Assembly (NCBI GenBank): GCA_905233475.1
Contig: CAJOEN010000001.1
Location: forward strand, 62,413-126,412
Direction of reading: 5' to 3'
Origin: an uncultured Bacteroidales bacterium
GTDB taxonomy: Bacteria > Bacteroidota > Bacteroidia > Bacteroidales > P3
DNA: 64,000 bases
The position numbers and the translations under genes are program-made. This document shows positions 36,908 through 46,500 of the stretch, piece by piece (position 1 is the first letter of the stretch; each line of letters begins with the position of its first letter). A model generated the notes under the pieces. It ran no database searches. It was not told the DNA's origin and saw only the letters and a program-made list of their open reading frames with translations.

Positions 36908-37590
36908 CAAAGGTAAACCCCAACATAGAAGCGAGCTGGCTCGAGGTGCTGCGTCCCGATTTCGAGGCGGAGTATTTCGCACGGCTCAAAGATTTTTTGG
37001 TCGAAGAACGCTCAAAATACAAATGTTTCCCTCCGGGCAAGGACATCTTTTCGGCTTTTTGGCACACCCCTTTCGACAAGGTTAAGGTGGTGATTTTGGG
37101 ACAGGACCCCTACCACAACGACGGACAGGCGCACGGACTCTGTTTCTCTGTGCCTCAGGGTGTGGCGTGCCCCCCCTCTTTGGTGAACATTTTCAAGGAG
37201 ATAAACTCCGACCTCGGACTTAACATCCCCCTCACCTGCGGCACTCTCACGGGCTGGGCCGACCAAGGGGTGTTCCTGCTCAACACCACGCTCACGGTAA
37301 GGGCGCATCAGGCATACTCGCACGCCGGACACGGCTGGGAGACGTTCACCGACAGCGTTATACGCAACCTCTCCGACCGTCGCACGGGACTGGTGTTCCT
37401 GCTCTGGGGCAGTCCCGCCATTGCAAAAGCCAAACTGATAGACCGCACCAAACACCATGTGCTTACGGCACCGCACCCTTCGCCGCTTTCGGCATACCGC
37501 GGTTTCTTCGGCTGCAAGCATTTCTCTCAGACCAACGCCATACTCGCCAGCCAAGGCCAGGAGCCTATCGACTGGGCAAAGACAGTTTGA
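36904..37590 (+). CDS. ung: Uracil-DNA glycosylase
   Basis: Shows the motifs GQDPYH, the LLLN-type block (VFLLNTTLTV) and HPSPLS. The ATG at 36904 overlaps the upstream stop (ATGA); an alternative ATG is at 36892. Confidence 0.9.
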   Translation: MTKVNPNIEASWLEVLRPDFEAEYFARLKDFLVEERSKYKCFPPGKDIFSAFWHTPFDKVKVVILGQDPYHNDGQAHGLCFSVPQGVACPPSLVNIFKEINSDLGLNIPLTCGTLTGWADQGVFLLNTTLTVRAHQAYSHAGHGWETFTDSVIRNLSDRRTGLVFLLWGSPAIAKAKLIDRTKHHVLTAPHPSPLSAYRGFFGCKHFSQTNAILASQGQEPIDWAKTV

Positions 37591-37700
37591 GGCAAATTTT
37601 TTTTACAAAAAATAAAGTGACAATACATTAAAAATAAATGTATTGCTTAAAAACCTAATATTTTTTTATGTTTTCATTTGGTGATTCCAATATTTTTTTC

Positions 37701-37708
37701 TATTTTTG
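37701..37708 (+). promoter_or_regulatory. Possible -7 promoter box (TAttTTTG)
   Basis: TAnnTTTG match, but 198 nt upstream of the ATG at 37906. Confidence 0.3.
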
Positions 37709-37905
37709 CAAATTGTAATTTTTAGTCTAAAATTGTATCTTAACGCAGAAAATAGGAGGATCTGCAAACGTGGAAATCCCAAAACCGCGAGAGCCACGAT
37801 AAATAAAGGGTAGCGAAATTCATTTTTTAGTTTCATTTATTATTGTAATATGAAATTCATCTCAGAAACATAAATCAATAGTCAAAAAACATAAAGTAAA
37901 ATACT

Positions 37906-38661
37906 ATGAAGGCAATTAAATACATACTGTTTTTGTCATTATTGACAGTCCTCGGAGAAACTCGCTCTCAATCCTCAGTTGCAATTGAGAGCGACAGTCT
38001 ATCAATTACAACTTTTTCTGATTTCATGGATAATGTTATGCAGAAAGTGCAACAATACACTATCCCGACAGATGTCCTTTATAGTTCAGAAAAAAACTTT
38101 AACGGAAAGACGCAAGAAACCACTACGGCCAAATTAGACACCGAGTTTGAAATAAAACAAGCCAAACTACACAAACGCAGTGGTTCAAATGTCAAGTTCT
38201 CTGTTAAAGACGCTGTAACCAATTCAAAGACCGACCAAAAAGGGAAGAAGGCGTTTTCTGAAAAAGACAATGTAAAAGCACTGCTTGACAATAATCCTTG
38301 CATCAACAGGAAAGGAGTATTTGACGCTTTTGGCAAAAATATGCTTTTTGCAGGTGTTAAAATGGATACCGAAAACGGCACCTCCTATGCTCATTATATG
38401 TGGACGGGGTCAGGTAAACATGCGGGAGACACTATCCGTGTAACAACGGAGCATAACAGTGGCGCAATCCGACATTGTGAACTTATTTCAAGTGAAAAGA
38501 AAGACAATTTGGAGGTTGTTTTCTCATTCAGTTACTCTTTCACTAACAAAGATGATTCCATCATTCCTATAGAAATGTGTTTCAAGTCGATAGAAAGGAA
38601 TGTCTCCAATACTAACCCATTCGAATATACAATAAGCAATATTATTGTAGCAAAGAATTGA
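37906..38661 (+). CDS. Secreted protein of unknown function (cargo of the post-ung insertion)
   Basis: 251 aa with a signal peptide (MKAIKYILFLSLLTVLGETRSQS); visibly AT-richer than ung. Confidence 0.55.
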   Translation: MKAIKYILFLSLLTVLGETRSQSSVAIESDSLSITTFSDFMDNVMQKVQQYTIPTDVLYSSEKNFNGKTQETTTAKLDTEFEIKQAKLHKRSGSNVKFSVKDAVTNSKTDQKGKKAFSEKDNVKALLDNNPCINRKGVFDAFGKNMLFAGVKMDTENGTSYAHYMWTGSGKHAGDTIRVTTEHNSGAIRHCELISSEKKDNLEVVFSFSYSFTNKDDSIIPIEMCFKSIERNVSNTNPFEYTISNIIVAKN

Positions 38662-38718
38662 GTTTAGTTCATGTCTCTAAACATTCTTTTATATCAAGTA
38701 CTTGAATACGGAAGGTGT

Positions 38719-38873
38719 CAATTGTCGGCACCTTCCATATTTTTAGGATTAGCTTCAATCCCCAACCCGTTTTCGGCATATTGCGAATTTTCGGCCACAA
38801 GCATTTCTCGCAAACCAACGCAATACTCGCCAGACAAGGACAGGAACCTATAAATTGGACACATACTGTGTGA
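38719..38873 (+). pseudogene. Decayed duplicate of the ung 3' end
   Basis: 38766-38873 aligns with 37483-37590 at roughly four fifths of positions by eye. It translates to PVFGILRIFGHKHFSQTNAILARQGQEPINWTHTV*, compared with ung PLSAYRGFFGCKHFSQTNAILASQGQEPIDWAKTV*. Upstream, PNPFSAY (versus PSPLSAY) is in another frame, so an indel is present. Confidence 0.65.
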
Positions 38874-38912
38874 GCGGAGTTGTTTTTTGAAACATATCTC
38901 AAAAAAATATCA

Positions 38913-38920
38913 TACCTTTG
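38913..38920 (+). promoter_or_regulatory. -7 promoter box (TAccTTTG)
   Basis: TAnnTTTG match 57 nt upstream of the ATG at 38977. Confidence 0.45.
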
Positions 38921-38976
38921 CATAAACATCAAACAAAACGTCAGAAACGTAAAACACTAATCAACAACAATATAAG

Positions 38977-39519
38977 ATGGCACTACTGCACCGTTATCAA
39001 TCCACAATGCACGGCAACTACAAAAAATTCATACTAATTTTTGGACCCGTGGCAGCCATTGCACTGATACTTTCGGTTTTGGCACGCCTATACTTTTTCG
39101 ACCCCATAGAAACTCCTGTGTCGTGGACGGACAATATAGTTCTTGCAATCTGCCTTATAATGTTCACTCTCCTATACCGTAGCACACTGCCCGAAAGAAA
39201 AGTTACGTTCAAGGAGATTTTCATCCTCACCGTGGGACTCAGCACTGTGGCTGCCGTATTGTACGCCCTCTACCTTTGGCACTACGGCCTCCACACCGAT
39301 CCCGACTTCCCCCAACGTTTTCTCGACTCCGAATTGGCCAAACACAACGCCGGCGAAGATGGCTACGACACCGCTGTGGAACAAGTGAAATACATGGCCA
39401 CTCCAAAATATCTCGCTTTTATGGGCGGCGTTTACACCGTTGTTACATCGTTTATTTTGGGGTTCTTTGTTGCACTGCTGTTCAAAACGGAAAAAAGCCC
39501 TCGATACACAAAAAAATAA
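38977..39519 (+). CDS. Small integral membrane protein (DUF4199-like), function unknown
   Basis: 180 aa with about 4 hydrophobic helices; the start could instead be the Met at aa 11. Confidence 0.55.
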   Translation: MALLHRYQSTMHGNYKKFILIFGPVAAIALILSVLARLYFFDPIETPVSWTDNIVLAICLIMFTLLYRSTLPERKVTFKEIFILTVGLSTVAAVLYALYLWHYGLHTDPDFPQRFLDSELAKHNAGEDGYDTAVEQVKYMATPKYLAFMGGVYTVVTSFILGFFVALLFKTEKSPRYTKK

Positions 39520-39597
39520 ACACACAATCAACTACAAATCAGAAGATAGCAGGTTTTCTGTGGAAAAAGAAAATTTGCCTATTTCAGGATTTTTTTG

Positions 39598-39605
39598 TAT
39601 CTTTG
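39598..39605 (+). promoter_or_regulatory. -7 promoter box (TAtcTTTG)
   Basis: TAnnTTTG match inside the long track ORF; argues for a start at 39695 (or 39626). Confidence 0.4.
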
Positions 39606-39694
39606 CAATTCCAAAACACATAGGCATGGTCTATAGGGAATTTGGAATAAAGTATTATAAACCACATAATTACTTCACACAAAAAAACATCCTG

Positions 39695-40699
39695 ATGAAA
39701 GTTAAAAACATATTGATTTCTCAACCCGAACCAGCAAATTTGGAGAAATCTCCGTACTATCCCCTGATTGAAAAATACAACGTGAATTTAACTTTTTTCA
39801 AATTTTTCGACATAGTAGGTGTGCCTGTTGCCGAATTCCGCAAAAGTCGGATACACGTAAGCGATTATACCGCCGTGATTTTCAACAGCAAAAACGCTAT
39901 CGACCACTTCTTCCGCATGGAAAAGGAGTTACGCGAAACGCCGCCAGACACAATGAAATATTTCTGCACTACCAAAGCTATAGCCCTTTACTTGCAAAAC
40001 TACGTACAGTATCGCAAACGCAAGGTATTTTTCGCTGAACAAACTTTCGCCGACCTTATCGACCTTATGTCGAAGCACAAGGACGAGCGTTTTTTATTCC
40101 CTTGCTCCTCCGAAAAACAGACCGACAACACAAAAATGCTCGACAAAGGCAAATTCAAATACACCAAAGCCATCATGTACCGTTCTGTACCTAAAGACCT
40201 TACGCATTTCGACATGTCAAAATTCGACATGGTGGCACTTTTCTCACCCATAGGGGTGAACTCGTTGTTGGAAAGTTTCCCCAATTTCGCCGAAAACGAC
40301 AAAATAATCGTCGCAGCTTTCGGTCCATCGACTCATTCGGCAATAAACGCGGCAAACATAAAACTCGCTATAGCGGCACCTTCCAAAAACGCGCCCTCCA
40401 TGCCTGCGGCAATAGAGAATTTTATCCTTGGCAAAGAGCAGGGTGCCACCATCATTGCCAAACCCGCTTCGCTAAAGAAATCATCTTCCAAGAAAAACTC
40501 CTCAAAGAAAACCAAATCGGTGTTCACCAACAAGAGCAAATATAAACAAATGCTTGAGGAGAAAAAAGCCCTTAACGCCGCACGCCGCAAGGAACGCCAA
40601 CTTGAAAAAGCCCGCAAGGAAGCAGAAAAACTCGCCGCCGAAACAGCGGCTTCACAAACAGCGGTTGCCCAAACCACAGCCAATAACATAACAGACTGA
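39695..40699 (+). CDS. Uroporphyrinogen-III synthase-like (HEM4 fold) protein with a basic low-complexity C-terminal tail
   Basis: MKVKNILISQPEP... is the usual N-terminus of the Bacteroidetes HemD-like gene found upstream of rnpA. The last ~85 aa are K/S/A/E-rich. Confidence 0.6.
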   Translation: MKVKNILISQPEPANLEKSPYYPLIEKYNVNLTFFKFFDIVGVPVAEFRKSRIHVSDYTAVIFNSKNAIDHFFRMEKELRETPPDTMKYFCTTKAIALYLQNYVQYRKRKVFFAEQTFADLIDLMSKHKDERFLFPCSSEKQTDNTKMLDKGKFKYTKAIMYRSVPKDLTHFDMSKFDMVALFSPIGVNSLLESFPNFAENDKIIVAAFGPSTHSAINAANIKLAIAAPSKNAPSMPAAIENFILGKEQGATIIAKPASLKKSSSKKNSSKKTKSVFTNKSKYKQMLEEKKALNAARRKERQLEKARKEAEKLAAETAASQTAVAQTTANNITD

Positions 40700-40718
40700 A
40701 CAAACCTTTGCCCTACAG

Positions 40719-41132
40719 ATGCACAATACCTTCAACAAAAGGGAACGGCTGTGCGGCAAAAAGAAAATCGACGCTCTTTTCGCACAAGAGAACAGTTTTT
40801 TTTCATACCCTTTCGTGGTGCGTTGGCAACTAAATACCGACGAACAAGCCTATCCAGCACAGATACTTATAGTCGTACCGAAACGCAAGTTGCGTCATGC
40901 CGTTGATAGAAACCGCACCAAACGCCTTATACGCGAATGCTACCGTATGCAGAAACACCGTTTATACACTTTTCTTTCCGACAATAGTCTCAATATGTGC
41001 TTCTCTTTAAGCTATATCGACACCAAAACACCCGAGTTTCATATGCTGATGGAGAAAACCACAACAATGATAGAAACACTTTGTCAGCACGTCGAAAAAA
41101 ACATCCCCCCTACCCCATGTTCAAACTCGTAA
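40719..41132 (+). CDS. rnpA: Ribonuclease P protein component
   Basis: 137 aa with the basic RNR-type block [22 protein letters not shown]; conserved position before yidD. Confidence 0.8.
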   Translation: MHNTFNKRERLCGKKKIDALFAQENSFFSYPFVVRWQLNTDEQAYPAQILIVVPKRKLRHAVDRNRTKRLIRECYRMQKHRLYTFLSDNSLNMCFSLSYIDTKTPEFHMLMEKTTTMIETLCQHVEKNIPPTPCSNS

Positions 41133-41350
41133 GTGCTATAATACAGAAATTTTTCCTGCTCCTAATCAGGTTTTATCAAAACTGTATATCGCCGTTCACG
41201 CCCCCGGCATGTCGGTACACTCCCACCTGCTCGCAGTATGCGGTGGAAGCAATACGCAAATACGGGCCTTTTAAAGGCGCATGGCTGGCTTTAAAAAGAA
41301 TTTTGAGGTGTAACCCTTGGGGCGGCAGCGGATACGACCCTGTGCCGTAA
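41117..41350 (+). CDS. yidD: Membrane protein insertion efficiency factor YidD
   Basis: 77 aa with LIRFYQ..ISP......[12 protein letters not shown]....G...G..L...RI.RC.P; overlaps rnpA by 16 nt. Confidence 0.9.
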   Translation: MFKLVSAIIQKFFLLLIRFYQNCISPFTPPACRYTPTCSQYAVEAIRKYGPFKGAWLALKRILRCNPWGGSGYDPVP

Positions 41351-41355
41351 AAACA

Positions 41356-41385
41356 GCGGACATCGGCTTGTGCGCCAATGTCCGC
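41356..41385 (-). terminator. Rho-independent terminator (minus strand, after the HIT gene)
   Basis: 8-bp stem gcggacat/atgtccgc; on the minus strand it is followed by tgttttt. Confidence 0.5.
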
Positions 41386-41418
41386 AAAAAATCGACTAAA
41401 TTTCTAAACTAACTTATA

Positions 41419-41814
41419 CTACTCCATAGCAGCCGAAATTTTGGCCGCAAGTTCTTTAAACTCTTCCGGTGTAAGTTTCACACGCTCTTTCTCGAAACTC
41501 AAATCCCCACCCTTGTTTATAGGCGCAAGATGTATATGTGCATGTGGGACATCTATTCCTACCACCGCCACACCTATCTTAACACACGGCACAACCTTTT
41601 TCAGGGCCAGAGCCACTTTTTTGCTAAACAGGTGCAATTTAACGAACAAATCATCGTCAATATCGAAAATATAATCCACCTCTTTTTTCGGAATCACCAG
41701 CACATGCCCGTAGGCTATGGGCGACACGTCCAGAAAAGCGAGACATTCGTCGGTTTCGGCAACCTTGTAGCACGGAATTTCACCGGCAACTATCTTTGAA
41801 AATATCGAAGCCAT
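41419..41814 (-). CDS. HIT-family (histidine triad) nucleotide hydrolase
   Basis: 131 aa with HVLVIPK and the histidine triad HAHIHL. Confidence 0.85.
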   Translation of the reverse strand: MASIFSKIVAGEIPCYKVAETDECLAFLDVSPIAYGHVLVIPKKEVDYIFDIDDDLFVKLHLFSKKVALALKKVVPCVKIGVAVVGIDVPHAHIHLAPINKGGDLSFEKERVKLTPEEFKELAAKISAAME

Positions 41815-41844
41815 AACAATTCTATTTTACTTATTTTACGACAT

Positions 41845-42318
41845 TTAACGTTCCACGGAAAGTATCTCGAAATTCATTACGCCAGCAGGTACGGATACCT
41901 CTACAATATCGCCAACCTTTTTACCCAAAAAAGCCTTGGCAAAAGGCGACGACACCGATATTTTTCCCTTCTTAACATCGGCCTCACTCTCAGGCACAAT
42001 GTGAAAAGTCTGTTTCAGTTTGGTTTTTGTGTTGCGTATCTCCATTTTCGACAGCAACAGTATTTTCGAGACATCCAATTTTGATTCGTCGAGCAGGCGT
42101 GCGTTAGCTATCAAATCCTGCAATTTGGAGATACGCGCTTCGAGCAAGCCTTGAGCCTCTTTTGCAGCATCGTACTCGGCATTCTCCGACAAATCACCTT
42201 TGTCGCGAGCCTCGGCAATAGCAGCCGAAGCTGCCGGACGCTCTTTGGTTATCAGTGTGTTAAGTTCGTCTTTCAGTTTCTGAAGACCTTCGGCACTATA
42301 GTATTTAATTTCTCCCAT
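41845..42318 (-). CDS. greA: Transcription elongation factor GreA
   Basis: 157 aa with an N-terminal coiled coil (LQKLKDEL...GDLSENAEYDAAKE) and a C-terminal FKBP-like domain. Confidence 0.9.
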   Translation of the reverse strand: MGEIKYYSAEGLQKLKDELNTLITKERPAASAAIAEARDKGDLSENAEYDAAKEAQGLLEARISKLQDLIANARLLDESKLDVSKILLLSKMEIRNTKTKLKQTFHIVPESEADVKKGKISVSSPFAKAFLGKKVGDIVEVSVPAGVMNFEILSVER

Positions 42319-42398
42319 GATTATTTTATTTTCTCAAATAATTTATATAAACAAAAACTATCGCCATTTTTTCTCGAAATGACAAATTTTTATTTAAA

Positions 42399-42434
42399 CA
42401 TTTAGGAAAGACCCGTAAGAGTCTTTCCTAAATG
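42399..42434. terminator. Long perfect hairpin (14-bp stem) after the envelope operon
   Basis: Stem catttaggaaagac / gtctttcctaaatg with an 8-nt loop; T-rich on both sides; 27 nt after the stop of the PorV-family gene. Confidence 0.55.
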
Positions 42435-42460
42435 TTCTTTATTTCAACAATAAATACCGT

Positions 42461-43549
42461 TTATAAATTTATTGCAACTCCTATAGAGTGTGAGCCACTG
42501 AAAGGATTTGCGGCACGGTATGAATAATCTATCTTTAAAGTAGGTACGCTGGTATTGGTATTGCCCTCACGCTTTTTTTTCATCAGCGGTATAGCTACCG
42601 AAGCACCTGCTGAAGGTCCCGTAAAGGCCGTAACACGGTCGTCGGAACTCCACAAGCCGCTCTGGAATGTGTAGCCAGCTCTCAGTTGAACAATATTAAA
42701 GATGGAGTATTCCAAACCAAGTTTGTAATCGTCGCGCAAAAAGGCGTTAGATGTAAAACTTGCAGCCACTGTCAGACGTTGATCATAGGTGTCGAAAAGG
42801 AAATCGTAAGCACCGCCTATGTTCAGACATGTCGGCATCTCGAAAGAAGCGGAACGTGTTACATAAGTCGAGGTAACATTTTGGTCATTGACAAGTGTCA
42901 AGGACATACCGTCTCCACCTAAACTCATAGGCGTACCTACGTTTTTCAAAGCGATACCGAATTTGATGTTATCGTCGGCACCGGTTACATACTGGATACC
43001 TGCGTCGATAGCCACACCTGTTCCCGAAACGTTGTCGGTGCTCTCGGTGATAACCTTGACATTGATACCACCACGAATACTCGAACTGAATTTGTGTGCA
43101 TACGAAGCGTTGATGTTCATCAGTGTCGGCGAGAAAGTACCGTTGGCACCTTGTTCGGGACTACCTACCGTAGTGATGGGTATGTCGCCAAAACTCATGG
43201 ACACAACCGACAGGCCAAGTACGCCACGTTGTCCCACGGGCTGTCCCAAACCGAAAGCGTTGATAGTTCCGCCGTATCCGCCGAACCATTGTGTGTTTGT
43301 GTACATCACCTCTGTTTTGTTCAGGAATGTAAGACCTGCAACATTAGTAAACAAAGCGTCGATACCTATTCCGTTGGCGGTGTTTACTCCACCCCATCCG
43401 GAACTTCTTGCCCACGGGTTTATAAGCAACTCGTTAGCACCTGCCGTACCTCTGCGGTCGTCGTTGCCAGCAAAAGCCGCACTAACCGACAACAGAGACA
43501 CAAGCGAAACCATGACTAATATTCTATATCTGTTTTTCATCTTCATCAT
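42461..43549 (-). CDS. PorV/PorQ-family outer membrane beta-barrel protein
   Basis: 362 aa with a signal peptide. N-terminal GTAGANELLINPWARSSGWGGVNTANGIGIDALFTNVAGLTF fits the PorV-family pattern (aa.fL.i...AR..gmG...vA......a...NpAgLaf). Alternating beta-strand sequence throughout. Confidence 0.6.
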   Translation of the reverse strand: MMKMKNRYRILVMVSLVSLLSVSAAFAGNDDRRGTAGANELLINPWARSSGWGGVNTANGIGIDALFTNVAGLTFLNKTEVMYTNTQWFGGYGGTINAFGLGQPVGQRGVLGLSVVSMSFGDIPITTVGSPEQGANGTFSPTLMNINASYAHKFSSSIRGGINVKVITESTDNVSGTGVAIDAGIQYVTGADDNIKFGIALKNVGTPMSLGGDGMSLTLVNDQNVTSTYVTRSASFEMPTCLNIGGAYDFLFDTYDQRLTVAASFTSNAFLRDDYKLGLEYSIFNIVQLRAGYTFQSGLWSSDDRVTAFTGPSAGASVAIPLMKKKREGNTNTSVPTLKIDYSYRAANPFSGSHSIGVAINL

Positions 43550-43589
43550 ATTTTAAATATTAAATATCAACATTCTCTGCTACTAATTA

Positions 43590-46500
43590 TTATTTGAATG
43601 AGTTCAAATCAACGGGACGCATTGTGCCAAACCATTTGATAACCCTTTCGCCTATGCCCGGTACCGATACATGTATCAGATACATACCACCTGCGATAGG
43701 TATTCCTATATGGTTTTTCAAATCCCAATCAAGAGTGTAGCCTCTGTCGGCATTGCCCGCGTCGGTTGGCGATGGTCCCAATTTACGTACCAAAGTTCCG
43801 TCAACTGTGTAGATGGAGATTTTTGAGTTGGCCGGCAGATTTACAATTCTAACCCTGCTATCCAACTGGCTCGAAGTCTCGTATTCCGAAGAGCTGTAGT
43901 AGGGGTTGGGGACAACAGTGATATTGTCAAGCAATGTCTGTTTGTCCATACGGCCTCCTGCTTGGTTGGTAAGGGTAATCAAATCGTCGGTCATTTCGAA
44001 CATATACATGGGGTTGTTGGCGTTCTGCAATGTCTTGCCCACTTGTGAAGGAGCTGTTTGGTTAGGACTGTAGTACATGGAATACGGACGTCTAACCGAA
44101 ATGTCGATGGTTACATCGCAAGGTATGTCCTTAGGATTGTCGAACATAAACTTGGAGGATACCATAGGCATGCTTACCCAAGCCACACTTGAGAAGAGCA
44201 GAGCCGCAGAGTCACGTGCCGGACGTACATATTGGTCGTTTTCGCCAAGAAGCAGGCCACCGCAGTATGCCATGTAGGAAGAATTGTCTTTTATGTTCAT
44301 CAGACGGTCTAAGGATTCGAGCATACGTGCAGCCCAAACACCGCCATCATACGAAGGTGTCTTGTAGTATCGAGCTACTATATTATCCGAGTTTCTCGAA
44401 ATGTCGATGAAAGGTTGGTTGTTGGATTTAAGGATATAAATGAAGTGGCCACCACCCATAACGTAGTTCTGGGTTCCGTCCATAAGCGTGCTTACCGGAT
44501 TCCACATCATATCTCTACCGTTGTGCTGTACATAACGAGAGTCTTCACCAAACATGATATTCAGACGTTCGCCAGTCTCCACATCAATTGCATAGCCCGG
44601 GAACCAGCCCATACCATATTTTCTGTCGTATGTGGTGTCGATATTACCATTCTTATCAACAGAATAGGCTTTTCTCATTTGGAAACGCAAAGCATTGCCT
44701 TCAGACTGTGTCGGGTCATCGCACATTTCCAAAACAGGACAGCGAGTCCATTTCGACTGGTCGGCAGTAATAACTATGTGTACACTTGGAGTGTTGGCAA
44801 GGTCATTGTAGTTCAAAGATTTGTTATGGTACTGAACTTGAAGTTTTCTTCTCAGATAGTTACGTGATTTGTAAAGCATAGCCAAAGGAGCCGAACGTTT
44901 GCGCAACGAATCGAAACGGCTTTCGGGAGCCACGTAATACATAAAGGAGAATCCCGGATGATACTGTCTTGTGGAAACCAAACCGTAAGGAGCCCAAAGT
45001 CCGCCCAAAACATTTTCAAATACACTGTATTTGTCTATGGCAAAACTTTCGGGACGGCCAAGAACCAACTCCTGATATTTGTAATAGTCTCCGTCAAGAT
45101 AAGGTTCGTTTCCGGTGAAATCACTTGTGTCGCCACCACCAGCGAAAGCGGCCCTGTCGCCCTCTGTGAACTGAGCACCTGATCTTATCCAATTGTAAAC
45201 AGGCGAAGCGTCATAGTCGGGAATACCAGAAAGCCATTGCTTGTAGGGATCGGCAAACGACATTGTCGATGACAGCAGAGCGTCTTTATTAACGATACCG
45301 CCAAGGATATTTCTACCATTCAGTACAACCTCGTTAGCAACAGGAGCTACATTGGTTATACCAACAGCAATACCCAAATCAAGGAAGAGTTGTTCGTTAA
45401 AACGACCTATTGTAAAGTCGGAAGTGTCCACGTAAACAGGATTTCCGGAACCGTCTGTGTATATGGGTTCGCCATCCACACGCGATATTGTCCAACGAGC
45501 GTCGTCGCCAACACCATTGAAACGGATGTAGAATTTACCCGGTTTAACATTCAGAGGATCAACAATAGTTACATTGAGCGGACCGTGATTTTCCTTGTAT
45601 GTCGGGTTGGGGATTATACAGGGATCTTCCATTCTCTCGTTCATACCGGAGCGAACAAATTTTCCTGCAGGTTTACCCTCTTCGCCTTTGGCACCCATGA
45701 GCTCCTCAATCGAAGCGTCGGTAAGTTGCAGTGTTATACCGCCATTGCCGTAACCTTCGATACGGGTTATAACAGGTGAAGTGCCGTAGCTAGCTTGTAT
45801 AATGGTACCGCCATTTTCAGCAGAAACAATGTGAGGTATGGCCTTAACAGGTTTTATCTCCTGCTTCCATTCGTTCTGACGACCAGCAAGATACGGGGTC
45901 TTCTGTCCGTCCAGTTTGGAAGCGTCGGATGGAGAGTATTCTTTATAGCGGTTGTGAGCGTAAGCTATCGCAACAAAATAATATTCCTTGTTGTTTACAA
46001 GTTTTGTATTTGTTCCGTTTGCAAACGCGTCAGTTGCAATTCTTATAGAGTGTCTGATACCGGTATTGGAACCCGTTACCATAACTTTCGGTGCAATTGA
46101 ACCTATGGCATTGTCTCTCTCGTAATTTACCAATGTACCAATAGGCAGGGTTTTGTCGGCATCATAATAGTTTTCTATATCGCACTGATAAACCAAACGA
46201 GCTTTTGTATCGTCGCCTATGTCGGCTACAGAAGCGTTGGCATCTCTCAGCTGATAAACCTGATAACCTTCGAATTTGTAAGTTCTCTGCTCTGTTGTAT
46301 AGGTTCTAATTTCAGTAACAGCCGAACCATTTATTATGGTATCATGAGAATAAGTTGTCGGAATTGAGGGATCAATTTCGGCAAAGGATTCGGGAATTCC
46401 GTTTTTATTGTTGTTGGATTCGGTGTTCTCGTATGAAAGATAGAGTATTACCTCGTTGGAGAGTTCCTGAACAGTAACTGTAGGAGCCTCGGGGCCAGAC

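Noticed and set aside
38671-38853. 60-aa plus-strand ORF after the cargo gene
   Set aside because: It is an out-of-frame reading across the decayed ung 3' remnant (it contains PNPFSAY). I annotated it as part of the pseudogene instead.
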